Assembly: GCA_050118655.1 (NCBI GenBank)
Contig: JASFKL010000001.1
Span: 186 to 64,185, forward strand
DNA length: 64,000 nucleotides
Direction of reading: 5' to 3'
From: Gammaproteobacteria bacterium
GTDB taxonomy: Bacteria; Pseudomonadota; Gammaproteobacteria; GCA-001735895
Below are positions 10,280 to 19,528 of the stretch, piece after piece. Each line of letters opens with the position of its first letter. Positions within the stretch are counted from its first letter, which is position 1. The notes beneath the pieces are model-generated. The model was not told where the DNA came from. It worked only from the letters and a program-made list of their open reading frames with translations, and made no database searches. A program made the translations under genes and the position numbers.

Positions 10280-11104
10280 ATGAATTTGCAAAACAAGATA
10301 ACCATCCAGGGCCTGACTGACACGGGGATAGTGCGCGGCAAGAACGAGGACGCGATCGGTTATGACAGCGCGCTGGGTCTCGTGGTTCTCGCCGATGGCA
10401 TGGGAGGTCATCGCGGCGGCGAAATAGCCAGCAGTATGACCGTCGATACGGTTATCAATCTCCTGCAGCAGCGGCTGCCGGAAATCAACTCCGGCGACGT
10501 CGACGAAGCCAGTGGATTTTCGATGGAGTCGATTTGTATCCAGGATGCCGTGGTCGCGGCCAACGAACTGGTCTACAAGACCGCCGAGGCCAATCCCGAA
10601 CACAAGGGAATGGGCACCACGATCGTGGTATTGCAGTTCTACAACAATTCCTTCTCCCTCGCCCATATCGGCGACTCGCGCTGTTATCGTCTGCGCAATG
10701 ACAAGCTCGAACAGATTACCAAGGATCACTCCCTGTTACAGGAACTCATCGACCGCGGCTTCTATACGCCCGAAGAAGCGCGCAATTCGATGAACAAGAA
10801 TCTCGTGACGCGTGCCCTGGGCATCGATCCGATCGTCATGCCGGACATACAGGAGGATATAGTCCTGAAAAATGACATATATTTGCTATGTTCAGATGGG
10901 TTAACGGATTTAGTCGAAGACGAAGATATATACTTAACTATTAAGCAATTTAGTGCTAATCTAGAAGAAGCTGCCAAGCAATTGATTACAAAGGCAAACC
11001 AGAATGGCGGAAAGGATAATATTTCGGTAATGCTGTGCCGGATTGACGATGATTTTTCGTCCCGGCAAGGCTGGTTCAACAAGATTGTCGGCTGGTTCGA
11101 CTAA
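10280..11104 (+). CDS. PP2C-family Ser/Thr protein phosphatase
   Basis: Translation TDTGIVRGKNEDA...VLADGMGGHRGGEIAS...GDSRCYRL...LCSDGLTD shows PP2C motifs. I set the start at the ATG at 10280, 15 nt after the kinase stop; the ORF-track TTG at 10262 would overlap the kinase stop. Confidence 0.88.
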   Translation: MNLQNKITIQGLTDTGIVRGKNEDAIGYDSALGLVVLADGMGGHRGGEIASSMTVDTVINLLQQRLPEINSGDVDEASGFSMESICIQDAVVAANELVYKTAEANPEHKGMGTTIVVLQFYNNSFSLAHIGDSRCYRLRNDKLEQITKDHSLLQELIDRGFYTPEEARNSMNKNLVTRALGIDPIVMPDIQEDIVLKNDIYLLCSDGLTDLVEDEDIYLTIKQFSANLEEAAKQLITKANQNGGKDNISVMLCRIDDDFSSRQGWFNKIVGWFD

Positions 11105-11150
11105 CGGATTACACACCCAGTACAAACTACTCTACAGGCTGGATAATAAA

Positions 11151-11873
11151 ATGGTCGCAAAACTGATCACTACTTCAAGCACGGGCGAAAAAACCGAGTA
11201 TGAACTGGTCAATGAAACCACCACGATTGGGCGTAAGCCGGGTAACGATATTCAAATCGATAATCTGTCAGTCAGCGGCAGGCATGCGCAGGTAATCACC
11301 ATCCTCGAAGATTCATTTCTGGAAGATCTCGGCAGCACCAACGGCACTTACGTCAACGGCAAACTGGTAAAAAAACACGCGCTCGAAGACGGCGACAGTA
11401 TCACCCTGGGCAAGTATCAAATCACCTACCAGAATAACTCCGGCGGCGGTGAACAGGATTTCGAACAAACCATGATTATCCGCCCCGGCGAAGCGGGCAT
11501 GCCCGAAGAAGCCGGCAGCAAGGAAATCGACAAGTCGGTGCAAAAAATTTCAGCGGCGATCGCCTCGGAGGCAGCCAGCACAGCCTCGTCGCCGATGTCT
11601 AACAAGGAAGCCTGCCTGCAATTGCTCAGCGGCGCCAACGCCGGCAAGGAGCTGGTATTGACCAAGGCCCTGACCACCATCGGCCAGCCGGGTGTGCAGG
11701 TGGCGGCGATCACCCGCCGTCCGCAAGGCTTTTTCCTGATTCACGTCGATGGCGGCCCGAACAACAATGTCCCGAAAGTCGGCGGCTCGGAGATCGGCTC
11801 GAACGCGCACGAACTCAAGAGCCACGACATTATCGAAGTAGCCGGCGTAAAAATGGAGTTCTACCTCAAATAA
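11151..11873 (+). CDS. FHA-domain protein (N-terminal canonical FHA plus C-terminal FHA-like domain)
   Basis: N-terminal FHA signature TIGRKPGNDIQIDNLSVSGRHAQV...GSTNGTYVNG. C-terminal second domain TTIGQPGVQVAAITRRPQGFFLIHVDGGPNNNVPKVGGSEIGSNAHELKSHDIIEVAGVKMEF. I set the start at the internal ATG at 11151. Confidence 0.8.
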   Translation: MVAKLITTSSTGEKTEYELVNETTTIGRKPGNDIQIDNLSVSGRHAQVITILEDSFLEDLGSTNGTYVNGKLVKKHALEDGDSITLGKYQITYQNNSGGGEQDFEQTMIIRPGEAGMPEEAGSKEIDKSVQKISAAIASEAASTASSPMSNKEACLQLLSGANAGKELVLTKALTTIGQPGVQVAAITRRPQGFFLIHVDGGPNNNVPKVGGSEIGSNAHELKSHDIIEVAGVKMEFYLK

Positions 11874-11913
11874 AGCCGTTCCTGCTCGTCCGCATTGAAA
11901 CCGGGGGCAAACA

Positions 11914-14145
11914 ATGCAATTACAGCGCATAGTCAGGCTGGTGCTTAGCGCACTGATCCTGCTGGTCATCCTGCTCGACACCTCCGGAGTTTACAAGTAT
12001 CCATTCATCAAGCAGCTGGAAAACTGGACTTACGACGCGCGGCTGAACTTTACCCGTCCCGATACCGTCGACGATCGCGTGGTTATCGTCGATATCGACG
12101 AAACCTCGCTCGCCGAGGTCGGCCGCTGGCCCTGGGGTCGCGACCAGCTCGCGCGCATCGTCGACAACCTGTTCGACTTTTACGGGGCCGACGTGGTCGC
12201 CTTCGATATCGTATTCGCCGAAAAAGACGAGAGCTCCGGACTGGAACAGTTCGAGCAGCTGGCGCGAACCACGTTGCGCGGCGACGAGGAATATATCGAG
12301 GCGCTCGATAAGATCCGGCCGAGCCTCAAACACGACGAAATTTTCGCGCAGAGCCTGGTCGGTAAAAACGTCGTTCTCGGCTATTACTTCAAGTCCAGGT
12401 TGCAGGAAGGAGAAAGCGGTGTCACCGGCCTCCTGCCCCCCGCATTGACCAGGATGGACAGGCAGTGGAGCGAACGCCTGCCGATCAACAAGGCGGTAGG
12501 CTACGGCGGCAACCTGGAAATACTGCAAACCTCGGCACGCTCCGGCGGCTACTTCGACAACCCCTTCGTCGATGCCGACGGCGTATTTCGCCGCGTGCCG
12601 CTGGTGCAGTCCTACCAGGGCTACCTGTTCGCCTCGCTGGCTCTCGCCACTACCCAGGCGTATCTCGACGCCGACGGTATCGAGCTGGCGATCGAAACCG
12701 AGGGAACGCGCGGCGAGAACGAATATTTCGCGCTGGAGACGATTAACCTGAAGAATCACAAGATTCCCGTGGACGCCAACGGCGCGGTGTTCGTGCCCTA
12801 CCGCGGCAGGCAGGGAAGCTTTCCCTATATCCCCGCCCACGAAGTGCTGAGCCGCAAGACCAACCCGCTGGCGCTAAAGAACAAGATCGTACTGATCGGC
12901 ACCTCGGCACCGGGCCTGCTCGACCTGCGCTCTACTCCAGTACAAAACATTTATCCCGGGGTCGAGGTCCATGCCAATATCATTTCCGGCATCCTCGACG
13001 ATCGTATCAAGCACAAGCCGGCCTGGACGGTGGGTTACGAACTCGTGTTACTGATAGTCATCGCGGTCAGCATGGCCTTGCTGTTGCCGCTGGTTTCGCC
13101 GCTGCTGGCGGCGACCGGGACGCTCGGGATTACCGGCCTGGTGGTCGCCGGAACCTTCGTCGCCTGGAACAACAACCTGATCCTGCCGCTGGCGAGCCCG
13201 CTGCTGCTGATTCTGTTGCTGTTCATGCTGCACATGTCCTACGGATTCTTCATCGAGTCCCGTGGCAAGCGGCAGCTCGCTAACCTGTTCGGGCACTACA
13301 TACCGCCCGAACTGGTCGACGAGATGAGCGAATCGCCCGAGGAATATTCGCTCGAGGGCGAGAACCGTGAAATGACCGTGCTGTTTTCGGACGTGCGCGG
13401 ATTCACGTCGATCTCGGAAGGCATGGACCCGAAACAGTTGACCCAGCTCATGAACGCGCTGTTGACGCCGATGACGCGCGTCATCCACAAGAACCGGGGT
13501 ACGATAGACAAGTACATGGGAGATGCCATCATGGCCTTCTGGGGCGCGCCGCTGGCCAATGCCGAGCATGCCCGGCACGCGCTCTATGCCGCACTCCAGA
13601 TGATGGAAGAACTGAAGATAATGCAGGAAGACTTCAAGCAACGCGGCTGGCCGACGGTCAACATCGGTATCGGCTTGAACACCGGCGACATGAACGTCGG
13701 CAACATGGGATCGGAATTCCGCATGGCTTATACCGTGCTCGGCGACGCGGTCAACCTGGGTTCGAGGCTCGAGGGCCTGACCAAGGAATACGGCGTCAAC
13801 ATCATCGTCAGCGAATCCACCAAGGCGGCGATACCCGAATTCGTATTCCGAGAACTCGACCTGGTCAGGGTGAAAGGCAAGAACGAACCGGTCGCAATTT
13901 TCGAACCGGTCGGGCACAAAAACGATCTCGACAAGTCGGTCACCTCGGAGATCAGCGAATACCGCAAGGCATTGATGAACTTTCGCTCCCAGTCCTGGGA
14001 CAAGGCCGAGCTCGATTTCTTCAACCTCAACCGCATCAACCCGGACCGGCAGCTATACCAGGTCTACCTCGAACGTATCGCGGTCTACCGCAGGGAGCCG
14101 CCCGGAGAGGGCTGGGACGGCGTTTTTACGCACACCACGAAGTAA
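11914..14145 (+). CDS. CHASE2 sensor domain / class III nucleotidyl (adenylate/guanylate) cyclase, membrane-bound
   Basis: CHASE2 region (VVIVDIDETSLAEVGRWPWGRD) is paralogous to that of the kinase. TM helices follow (residues ~370-440). The cyclase catalytic domain shows FSDVRGFT, KYMGDAIMAFWGAP and GDAVNLGSRLE. Confidence 0.9.
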   Translation: MQLQRIVRLVLSALILLVILLDTSGVYKYPFIKQLENWTYDARLNFTRPDTVDDRVVIVDIDETSLAEVGRWPWGRDQLARIVDNLFDFYGADVVAFDIVFAEKDESSGLEQFEQLARTTLRGDEEYIEALDKIRPSLKHDEIFAQSLVGKNVVLGYYFKSRLQEGESGVTGLLPPALTRMDRQWSERLPINKAVGYGGNLEILQTSARSGGYFDNPFVDADGVFRRVPLVQSYQGYLFASLALATTQAYLDADGIELAIETEGTRGENEYFALETINLKNHKIPVDANGAVFVPYRGRQGSFPYIPAHEVLSRKTNPLALKNKIVLIGTSAPGLLDLRSTPVQNIYPGVEVHANIISGILDDRIKHKPAWTVGYELVLLIVIAVSMALLLPLVSPLLAATGTLGITGLVVAGTFVAWNNNLILPLASPLLLILLLFMLHMSYGFFIESRGKRQLANLFGHYIPPELVDEMSESPEEYSLEGENREMTVLFSDVRGFTSISEGMDPKQLTQLMNALLTPMTRVIHKNRGTIDKYMGDAIMAFWGAPLANAEHARHALYAALQMMEELKIMQEDFKQRGWPTVNIGIGLNTGDMNVGNMGSEFRMAYTVLGDAVNLGSRLEGLTKEYGVNIIVSESTKAAIPEFVFRELDLVRVKGKNEPVAIFEPVGHKNDLDKSVTSEISEYRKALMNFRSQSWDKAELDFFNLNRINPDRQLYQVYLERIAVYRREPPGEGWDGVFTHTTK

Positions 14146-14151
14146 TACCGT

Positions 14152-15390
14152 TTACCAGCAGGCGCGTAATTCCCGCGCCAGTATGCCGACGCCTTTTTCG
14201 AGTTCCTCCTCGCTCTGCGCATAGTTCATGCGCACGCAACTCTCGGCGTGCGCGGACACGTTCTGCTGCCCGGGAAAGAAGTACTTGCCAGGCACGACCA
14301 GTAAACCGTTGCGCTTGAGCCGCTGGTAGAGTTCGGTAGTGGTCACGCCGAGATCTTCGAACCACAGCCACAGGAACATCGATCCCTCGGGTTTGTGGAT
14401 GTGCAGCCGCGGATCCTCGATCGCCTCGCGCAGCAGCCTGACCGCGAGTTCCGAGCGCTGCAGGTAAAACGGCCGGATGATATCGTCGCAAAGCGGTTGC
14501 AGGGCATCGTCGACGATCAGCTGGCGGACGATTTCGGCGCCGAGACCCGCCGGCGCGAGGCTGGTTATCGCGGTCATGTTGGAAAAATAGCGAATCAACT
14601 CCTCGTTGGCGATCACGATCCCGGTACGCGCGCCGGGCAACCCGAGCTTCGACAGGCTCATGCAAACGATGCAGTTATCGTTCCAGAAGGGATTGACGCC
14701 GGTGAATATGATGTTCGGGAAAGGCGTGCCGTAGGCATTGTCGATCAACAGCGGAACGTCGTGGTCGCGGGCGATCTGGTCGAGTTGCCCGCACTCGGCG
14801 TCGGTGAGCACGTTGCCGCTCGGATTGGTAGGCCGAGAAACGCAAATCAGGCCCACGGAATCGTCGGCCTCGAGCTGCTCGAAGTCGACCTGGTACTTGA
14901 AAAACCCGTCATCGAGGTGCTGAATCCTGGCCTCCTGGCTGGCGAGCAATCCCTCTTCGATACCGACGTCGCAGTAGCCGATATACTCGGGCACCAGCGG
15001 GATCAGAACGCGTTTACGGCCTTGCCTCGAGCGGCCGGCAAAAGAATTGAATAGAATGAAGAACGAACTCTGGCTACCGTGGGTCAAGGCGATATTGCGG
15101 CTGCTGATCGGCCAGCCGTAACGATCCCGGAAGTACTCGGCCAGCGCTTCGAGAAAGCCCGCCCTGCCCTGCGGCGCATCGTAGTTGGAAAGCGCCTCGA
15201 CCAGGGCGCCCGATTCCCGCAGTTTGTCGAGCACCTGGCCCACTATCTTCTTGACCTCGGGGATCGAAGCGGGATTGCCGCCGCCGAGCATGACCACGCC
15301 GGGTTGCGCGAGACCCTCGCTCAAATCGTCCATCAGGTGGGTAATACCGGAGTAACCGTTGAAATGTTCGCCGAATTCAGAAAATTTCAT
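14152..15390 (-). CDS. avtA: valine-pyruvate aminotransferase (aminotransferase class I/II)
   Basis: N-terminus MKFSEFGEHFNGYSGITHLMDDLSEGL...MLGGGNPASIPE resembles the E. coli AvtA N-terminus from memory. A PLP-lysine region SLSKLGLPGARTG is present. Confidence 0.85.
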   Translation of the reverse strand: MKFSEFGEHFNGYSGITHLMDDLSEGLAQPGVVMLGGGNPASIPEVKKIVGQVLDKLRESGALVEALSNYDAPQGRAGFLEALAEYFRDRYGWPISSRNIALTHGSQSSFFILFNSFAGRSRQGRKRVLIPLVPEYIGYCDVGIEEGLLASQEARIQHLDDGFFKYQVDFEQLEADDSVGLICVSRPTNPSGNVLTDAECGQLDQIARDHDVPLLIDNAYGTPFPNIIFTGVNPFWNDNCIVCMSLSKLGLPGARTGIVIANEELIRYFSNMTAITSLAPAGLGAEIVRQLIVDDALQPLCDDIIRPFYLQRSELAVRLLREAIEDPRLHIHKPEGSMFLWLWFEDLGVTTTELYQRLKRNGLLVVPGKYFFPGQQNVSAHAESCVRMNYAQSEEELEKGVGILARELRACW

Positions 15391-15533
15391 TACGCCTGCT
15401 TAGAGTCGATAACAATTACAATTACTGACAGCATTTGAGAAAAATGCAACCGTTTTCGATCCCGCAACAACCACCCGGTTGACTGGCCCGTCCAATCTGG
15501 CAAGATTTGCGCGACGATAAATCCGGTGCGCGC

Positions 15534-15944
15534 ATGCAATATACCCACGATCTGGAATTCAAGGTACGCGATTACGAATGCGACATGCAAGGCGTGGTCA
15601 ACAACGGCGTCTACCAGAATTATCTCGAGCATGCGCGCCACGAGTTCCTGCAGGCCGAGGGTATCAACTTCGCTCAGGTGACTGCTTCGGGAATCAACCT
15701 GGTGGTGATTCGCGCGCAACTGGATTACCGGAAATCGCTGGTTTCGAACGACCGTTTCGTGGTGCGTAGCCTGTTGCGGCGGATATCCAGGGTCCGCTTC
15801 GAATTCCAGCAGGACATTTTTCGCTTGCCGGATGAAGAACTCGTGCTCAACGCGCTGATCACCGGCACCGCGGTCAACCGCAACGGCCGGCCCTGCGTGC
15901 CGGGCGAACTCGAAAAGCTGTTCAGCGCCGCCGAAGACGCCTGA
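15534..15944 (+). CDS. acyl-CoA thioesterase, 4HBT hotdog fold (YbgC/FadM-like)
   Basis: Translation MQYTHDLEFKVRDYECDMQGVVNNGVYQNYLEHARHEFL aligns with the YbgC-family N-terminus. I use the ATG at 15534; the ORF-track start at 15507 is a TTG. Confidence 0.75.
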   Translation: MQYTHDLEFKVRDYECDMQGVVNNGVYQNYLEHARHEFLQAEGINFAQVTASGINLVVIRAQLDYRKSLVSNDRFVVRSLLRRISRVRFEFQQDIFRLPDEELVLNALITGTAVNRNGRPCVPGELEKLFSAAEDA

Positions 15945-16116
15945 GCCTTGCGGACAGGCTCGCCGGCGCGACGATCGCAAGGAATACTCGCCGCGTCGTG
16001 ATCTTGTCCCGACGGATTACGGCGCGAGGCTCTTCGCCGGTATTCCGTACGCTGCAGTTTGTATTTGCATGCGAACCGGGACGCTGAGAAAATAGTCTTC
16101 ATTTTCGGGAGATGAT

Positions 16117-16902
16117 ATGGGTTTATTATCCGGCAAGAAGGCATTGATCGTCGGCATCGCCAGCAATCGCTCTATCGCTTACGGGATAGCGCAGGCCATG
16201 CATCGCGAAGGCGCCGAACTCGCCTTCAGTTATGCCAATGACAAGCTCAAACCCCGAGTGGAGAAATTCGCCGCCCAATTCGAATCCAGTATCGTGCTTC
16301 CCTGCGACGTCACCATCGACGACGAAATCACCGGCCTGTTCGACCAATTGTCGGATCACTGGTCCAGCCTCGACGTGCTGGTGCACTCGGTGGCTTTCGC
16401 GCCGCGCGAGGCCCTGTCGGGCGACTACCTGAATAATCTCGATCGCGAGGGATTTCGCATCGCCCACGACATCAGTTCCTACAGCCTGGCGGCGCTGGCC
16501 AAGGCAGCCCGGCCGATGATGCAAAATACCCGAGGCGCGATCGTTACCATGTCTTACCTGGGCTCGGAACGCGCACTGCCGAACTACAACATCATGGGGG
16601 TAGCCAAGGCCAGTCTCGAGGCCAACGTGCGTTACCTGTCGGCGGCACTGGGTCCGGAAGGCATCCGCGTGAATTCGATATCCGCGGGACCGATCAAAAC
16701 CCTGGCGGCGGCCGGTATAGGGGATTTCAAGAAGATTCTCGACGAGGTTGCCACCAATGCACCGCTGCGCAGAAACGTCACTATCGAGGACGTGGGCAAC
16801 GCGGCGGCATTTTTGTGCTCGGATTACGCCGCCGGTATCACCGGCGAGAATATCTACGTCGATTCCGGCTATAACATCGTCAGTATGGGGGTGCTCGAGT
16901 AG
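16117..16902 (+). CDS. fabI: enoyl-[acyl-carrier-protein] reductase (NADH)
   Basis: Translation [39 protein letters not shown]... with catalytic Tyr and Lys in [31 protein letters not shown] lies 7 nt upstream. Confidence 0.93.
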   Translation: MGLLSGKKALIVGIASNRSIAYGIAQAMHREGAELAFSYANDKLKPRVEKFAAQFESSIVLPCDVTIDDEITGLFDQLSDHWSSLDVLVHSVAFAPREALSGDYLNNLDREGFRIAHDISSYSLAALAKAARPMMQNTRGAIVTMSYLGSERALPNYNIMGVAKASLEANVRYLSAALGPEGIRVNSISAGPIKTLAAAGIGDFKKILDEVATNAPLRRNVTIEDVGNAAAFLCSDYAAGITGENIYVDSGYNIVSMGVLE

Positions 16903-16917
16903 CCGCCGTCGGCGGCG
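16902..16917. terminator. short GC hairpin between convergent fabI and ppiD (weak bidirectional terminator candidate)
   Basis: GCCGCCG..CGGCGGC inverted repeat lies directly after the fabI stop. No U-tract follows. Confidence 0.25.
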
Positions 16918-16921
16918 AGGG

Positions 16922-18799
16922 CTATTGCTCCTCCAGAGGCGTCCTGGTGACCTCCGCACGGCTGGTAATCAGATTGACCGTCGATCGGTACTCGGCTGCC
17001 GCTTCGGCCGTTTTAAGCCCTTCCAGGGCCTTCTCGTCGACGTTTGCGTCATTCGACATCACCGCGGACAATTCGACCACCACATATTCCCCTCCGGCCA
17101 GCACGAGGCCATCGTAAACCAGCCCCTGGTCGGGCTTCGGCATACTGAAAGCGAGATTGCGCACCGAGGCGTCGATATCGGCCTGATCGCGGGCGACGAA
17201 ACCGCGGTCCGTGATCTTCGCATTCCATTTGCCGGCCAGCTCTTCCAGCGACTCGCCGTTTTTGAGCGCCGCCAGCGCTTCGCGACCGGTGGTGGTGGCC
17301 AGTTCGCGCATCTTGCTGCGCCTGAGATCCTCGAGCACGAGATCGCGAACTTCCTCCAGAGGCTGTTGCTGCGACGGACGATGCTCGTTGAGGCGGATAA
17401 ATACGATTCGATTTTTATCCAGCTCGATACCCTCGCTATTCAGACCCTTTTGCAGCACCTCGTCGGAAAACGCCTGTTGACGAACCTTCGGCTCGGCGGC
17501 GATACCCTGGCCCGAAAAGCGGCTGAACCAGTCGCTGGTCTGCAATTTCAGCCCGAGTTGGTCGGCCGCCGGTAGCAGCGAATCCGGTTGTTCGTAGGCG
17601 AGATTGGAGACCGTTTCGATCAAATCGTAAATCTGGTTCTCTGCGCGTTGGGTCTTGATCTCGTCCTCGAGTTCCGCCTTGACCTCGTCGAACGGGCGTG
17701 TCTTCCCCCCCTCGATCGAATTCAGTTGGATCAGATGCCAACCGAAACTGGTCTTGACCGGTTCGCTGAGTTCGCCAACCTTCATCGAAAACAGCGCCGA
17801 TTCGAAACTCGGCACCATGTCTCCTTTTTCGATCTCGCCCAGGTTGCCGCCGTCGGCGGCCGATGCCGGATCCTCGGAATATTCCTTCGCCATCTCCGCA
17901 AAGCTTTCTCCATCGACGATCCGTTTACGGATCTTCTCGATTTGCGCGAGCGCCTGTTCGCTGTTCGAATCGTCCGCCTTGATCAGGATATGGCTGGCGG
18001 TTCGGGTCTCGGGCGTGGTGTAGGCAGCGATATTTGCCTCGTAACGGGCGCGAACGTCCTTCTCCGGTACCTCGATCGATTTCTTGACGTTTTCCAGGCT
18101 GAGCTCGATATAGTCGATTTTCACCTCTTCCGGAGTCATGTAGCGCTCCTTCTGGGACTGGTAACGGCTTTCGATTTCCGCATCGTCGATCTCGATACTC
18201 GCCGGGTCGACGCTGTAGCCGAGCGTTCTCAGTTTGCGGGTCTGGTTGCGCAGGCTGGCGAACTGCTTTTGCTCCGCGGGCACCAGAAATGCGGTTGCTT
18301 CCAGTCCCGTCTGAAACTGCTGCCTCGCGCCATTGACTCTCATTTCCTGCTCGAAGCCGAGCGGCGAGTATCCCAGCGAACGGAGCTGGGCCTCGTAAAC
18401 CTGGCTTTCGAATTTACCGTCGCGCTGGAACACGTCCATCGCTCGTATCATGCGGTTCAATTCGGCATCGCCGATTCGGTAGCGTTGCTTCTCGACGTAC
18501 TGGCGCAGCGCGTTTTCCTCGATCATTTGATTGAGAACTTGCTCGCGCAGCATTTGTTCGGTACCGAAGGATGCGGGAATGCTGCCGCCGAACAGGCGGG
18601 ACAGGCGCTGGCGATATCTGCTGTAAGCCTGATCGAGGTCCTGGGTGGTGATTTCCTGGCCGTTGACGGTCGCCGCGGGCGCGGCTTCGCCGCCGCCGAG
18701 ATAGGAATTGACTCCCCACAGGGCGAAGGGGATGCTGATCAGGAAAATAACGCCGTAGGCAATCCAGCCAGTTACTTTTTCTCGAATTGCTTGCAGCAT
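16922..18799 (-). CDS. ppiD: periplasmic chaperone PpiD (peptidyl-prolyl isomerase D)
   Basis: N-terminal membrane anchor MLQAIREKVTGWIAYGVIFLISIPFAL; 625 aa; parvulin-like segment. Conserved position downstream of hupB. Confidence 0.9.
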   Translation of the reverse strand: MLQAIREKVTGWIAYGVIFLISIPFALWGVNSYLGGGEAAPAATVNGQEITTQDLDQAYSRYRQRLSRLFGGSIPASFGTEQMLREQVLNQMIEENALRQYVEKQRYRIGDAELNRMIRAMDVFQRDGKFESQVYEAQLRSLGYSPLGFEQEMRVNGARQQFQTGLEATAFLVPAEQKQFASLRNQTRKLRTLGYSVDPASIEIDDAEIESRYQSQKERYMTPEEVKIDYIELSLENVKKSIEVPEKDVRARYEANIAAYTTPETRTASHILIKADDSNSEQALAQIEKIRKRIVDGESFAEMAKEYSEDPASAADGGNLGEIEKGDMVPSFESALFSMKVGELSEPVKTSFGWHLIQLNSIEGGKTRPFDEVKAELEDEIKTQRAENQIYDLIETVSNLAYEQPDSLLPAADQLGLKLQTSDWFSRFSGQGIAAEPKVRQQAFSDEVLQKGLNSEGIELDKNRIVFIRLNEHRPSQQQPLEEVRDLVLEDLRRSKMRELATTTGREALAALKNGESLEELAGKWNAKITDRGFVARDQADIDASVRNLAFSMPKPDQGLVYDGLVLAGGEYVVVELSAVMSNDANVDEKALEGLKTAEAAAEYRSTVNLITSRAEVTRTPLEEQ

Positions 18800-18865
18800 T
18801 TAATCTTCGGTCACTTATTCAGGTGCTGCCAAATTGAAGCGCTCGAATGAGAGCGCTTTCAATAT

Positions 18866-18942
18866 TGGCGGAGTGGACGGGACTCGAACCCGCGACCCCC
18901 GGCGTGACAGGCCGGTATTCTAACCAACTGAACTACCACTCC
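18866..18942 (-). tRNA. tRNA-Asp (GUC)
   Basis: Reverse complement GGAGTGGTAGTTCAGTTGGTTAGAATACCGGCCTGTCACGCCGGGGGTCGCGGGTTCGAGTCCCGTCCACTCCGCCA. Anticodon loop CUGUCAC. Near-identical to E. coli tRNA-Asp. Confidence 0.92.
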
Positions 18943-18950
18943 AGATTAGG

Positions 18951-19026
18951 TGGTGGGTGCTGACGGGATCGAACCGCCGACCCTCGCCTTGTAAGGGCGA
19001 TGCTCTCCCAGCTGAGCTAAGCACCC
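18951..19026 (-). tRNA. tRNA-Val (UAC)
   Basis: Reverse complement GGGTGCTTAGCTCAGCTGGGAGAGCATCGCCCTTACAAGGCGAGGGTCGGCGGTTCGATCCCGTCAGCACCCACCA. Anticodon UAC. Confidence 0.92.
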
Positions 19027-19047
19027 GGTGTCGCTAAAAAAGGGGCG

Positions 19048-19320
19048 CTAGTTTACTGCGTCCTTCAGAGCTTTGCCAGCCTTAAATGCAGGGACTTTCG
19101 AGGCTTTAATCTGGATGGTTTCTCCGGTACGGGGGTTGCGACCCGAACGAGCTTCGCGCTGCCTGACTAAAAAGGTACCAAAGCCGACGATCGTAACCTG
19201 GTCGCCTGATTTCAAAGCTTCCGTCACTGCCGCAATGACACCATCCACTGCACGCGACGCATCGGCTTTGTTCAAATCGGCACCGCTGGCAACAGCATCA
19301 ATCAATTCGGATTTATTCAT
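19048..19320 (-). CDS. hupB: DNA-binding protein HU-beta
   Basis: Translation [50 protein letters not shown]...[30 protein letters not shown] is 90 aa. I set the start at the internal ATG at 19318-19320. Confidence 0.92.
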   Translation of the reverse strand: MNKSELIDAVASGADLNKADASRAVDGVIAAVTEALKSGDQVTIVGFGTFLVRQREARSGRNPRTGETIQIKASKVPAFKAGKALKDAVN

Positions 19321-19356
19321 TAGATTTTTCCATTTGGTTAGGTTGATATATTTATA

Positions 19357-19370
19357 GCCCGAAGGGCGGA
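19357..19370 (-). terminator. GC hairpin followed by A/T-rich tract downstream of lon (weak terminator candidate, just upstream of the hupB control region)
   Basis: Minus strand reads CCGCCCTTCGGGCT followed by ATAAATATAT. Confidence 0.25.
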
Positions 19371-19528
19371 CAGGCAACGTAAACAGATCTGTTTGTTGTG
19401 CTCTCTTCGGCGAGTATTTTACTCGCGACATCCCCCGTCCAGAGCGACGAATTAAACCAACAGCAGCCTTTACGGTCAACCACAAAAGCCCAAAAAGATT
19501 AAATAAGTCGCATTATTTCACTGCGCCG

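Noticed and set aside
17588-18850. 420-aa plus-strand ORF
   Set aside because: Antisense shadow of ppiD.
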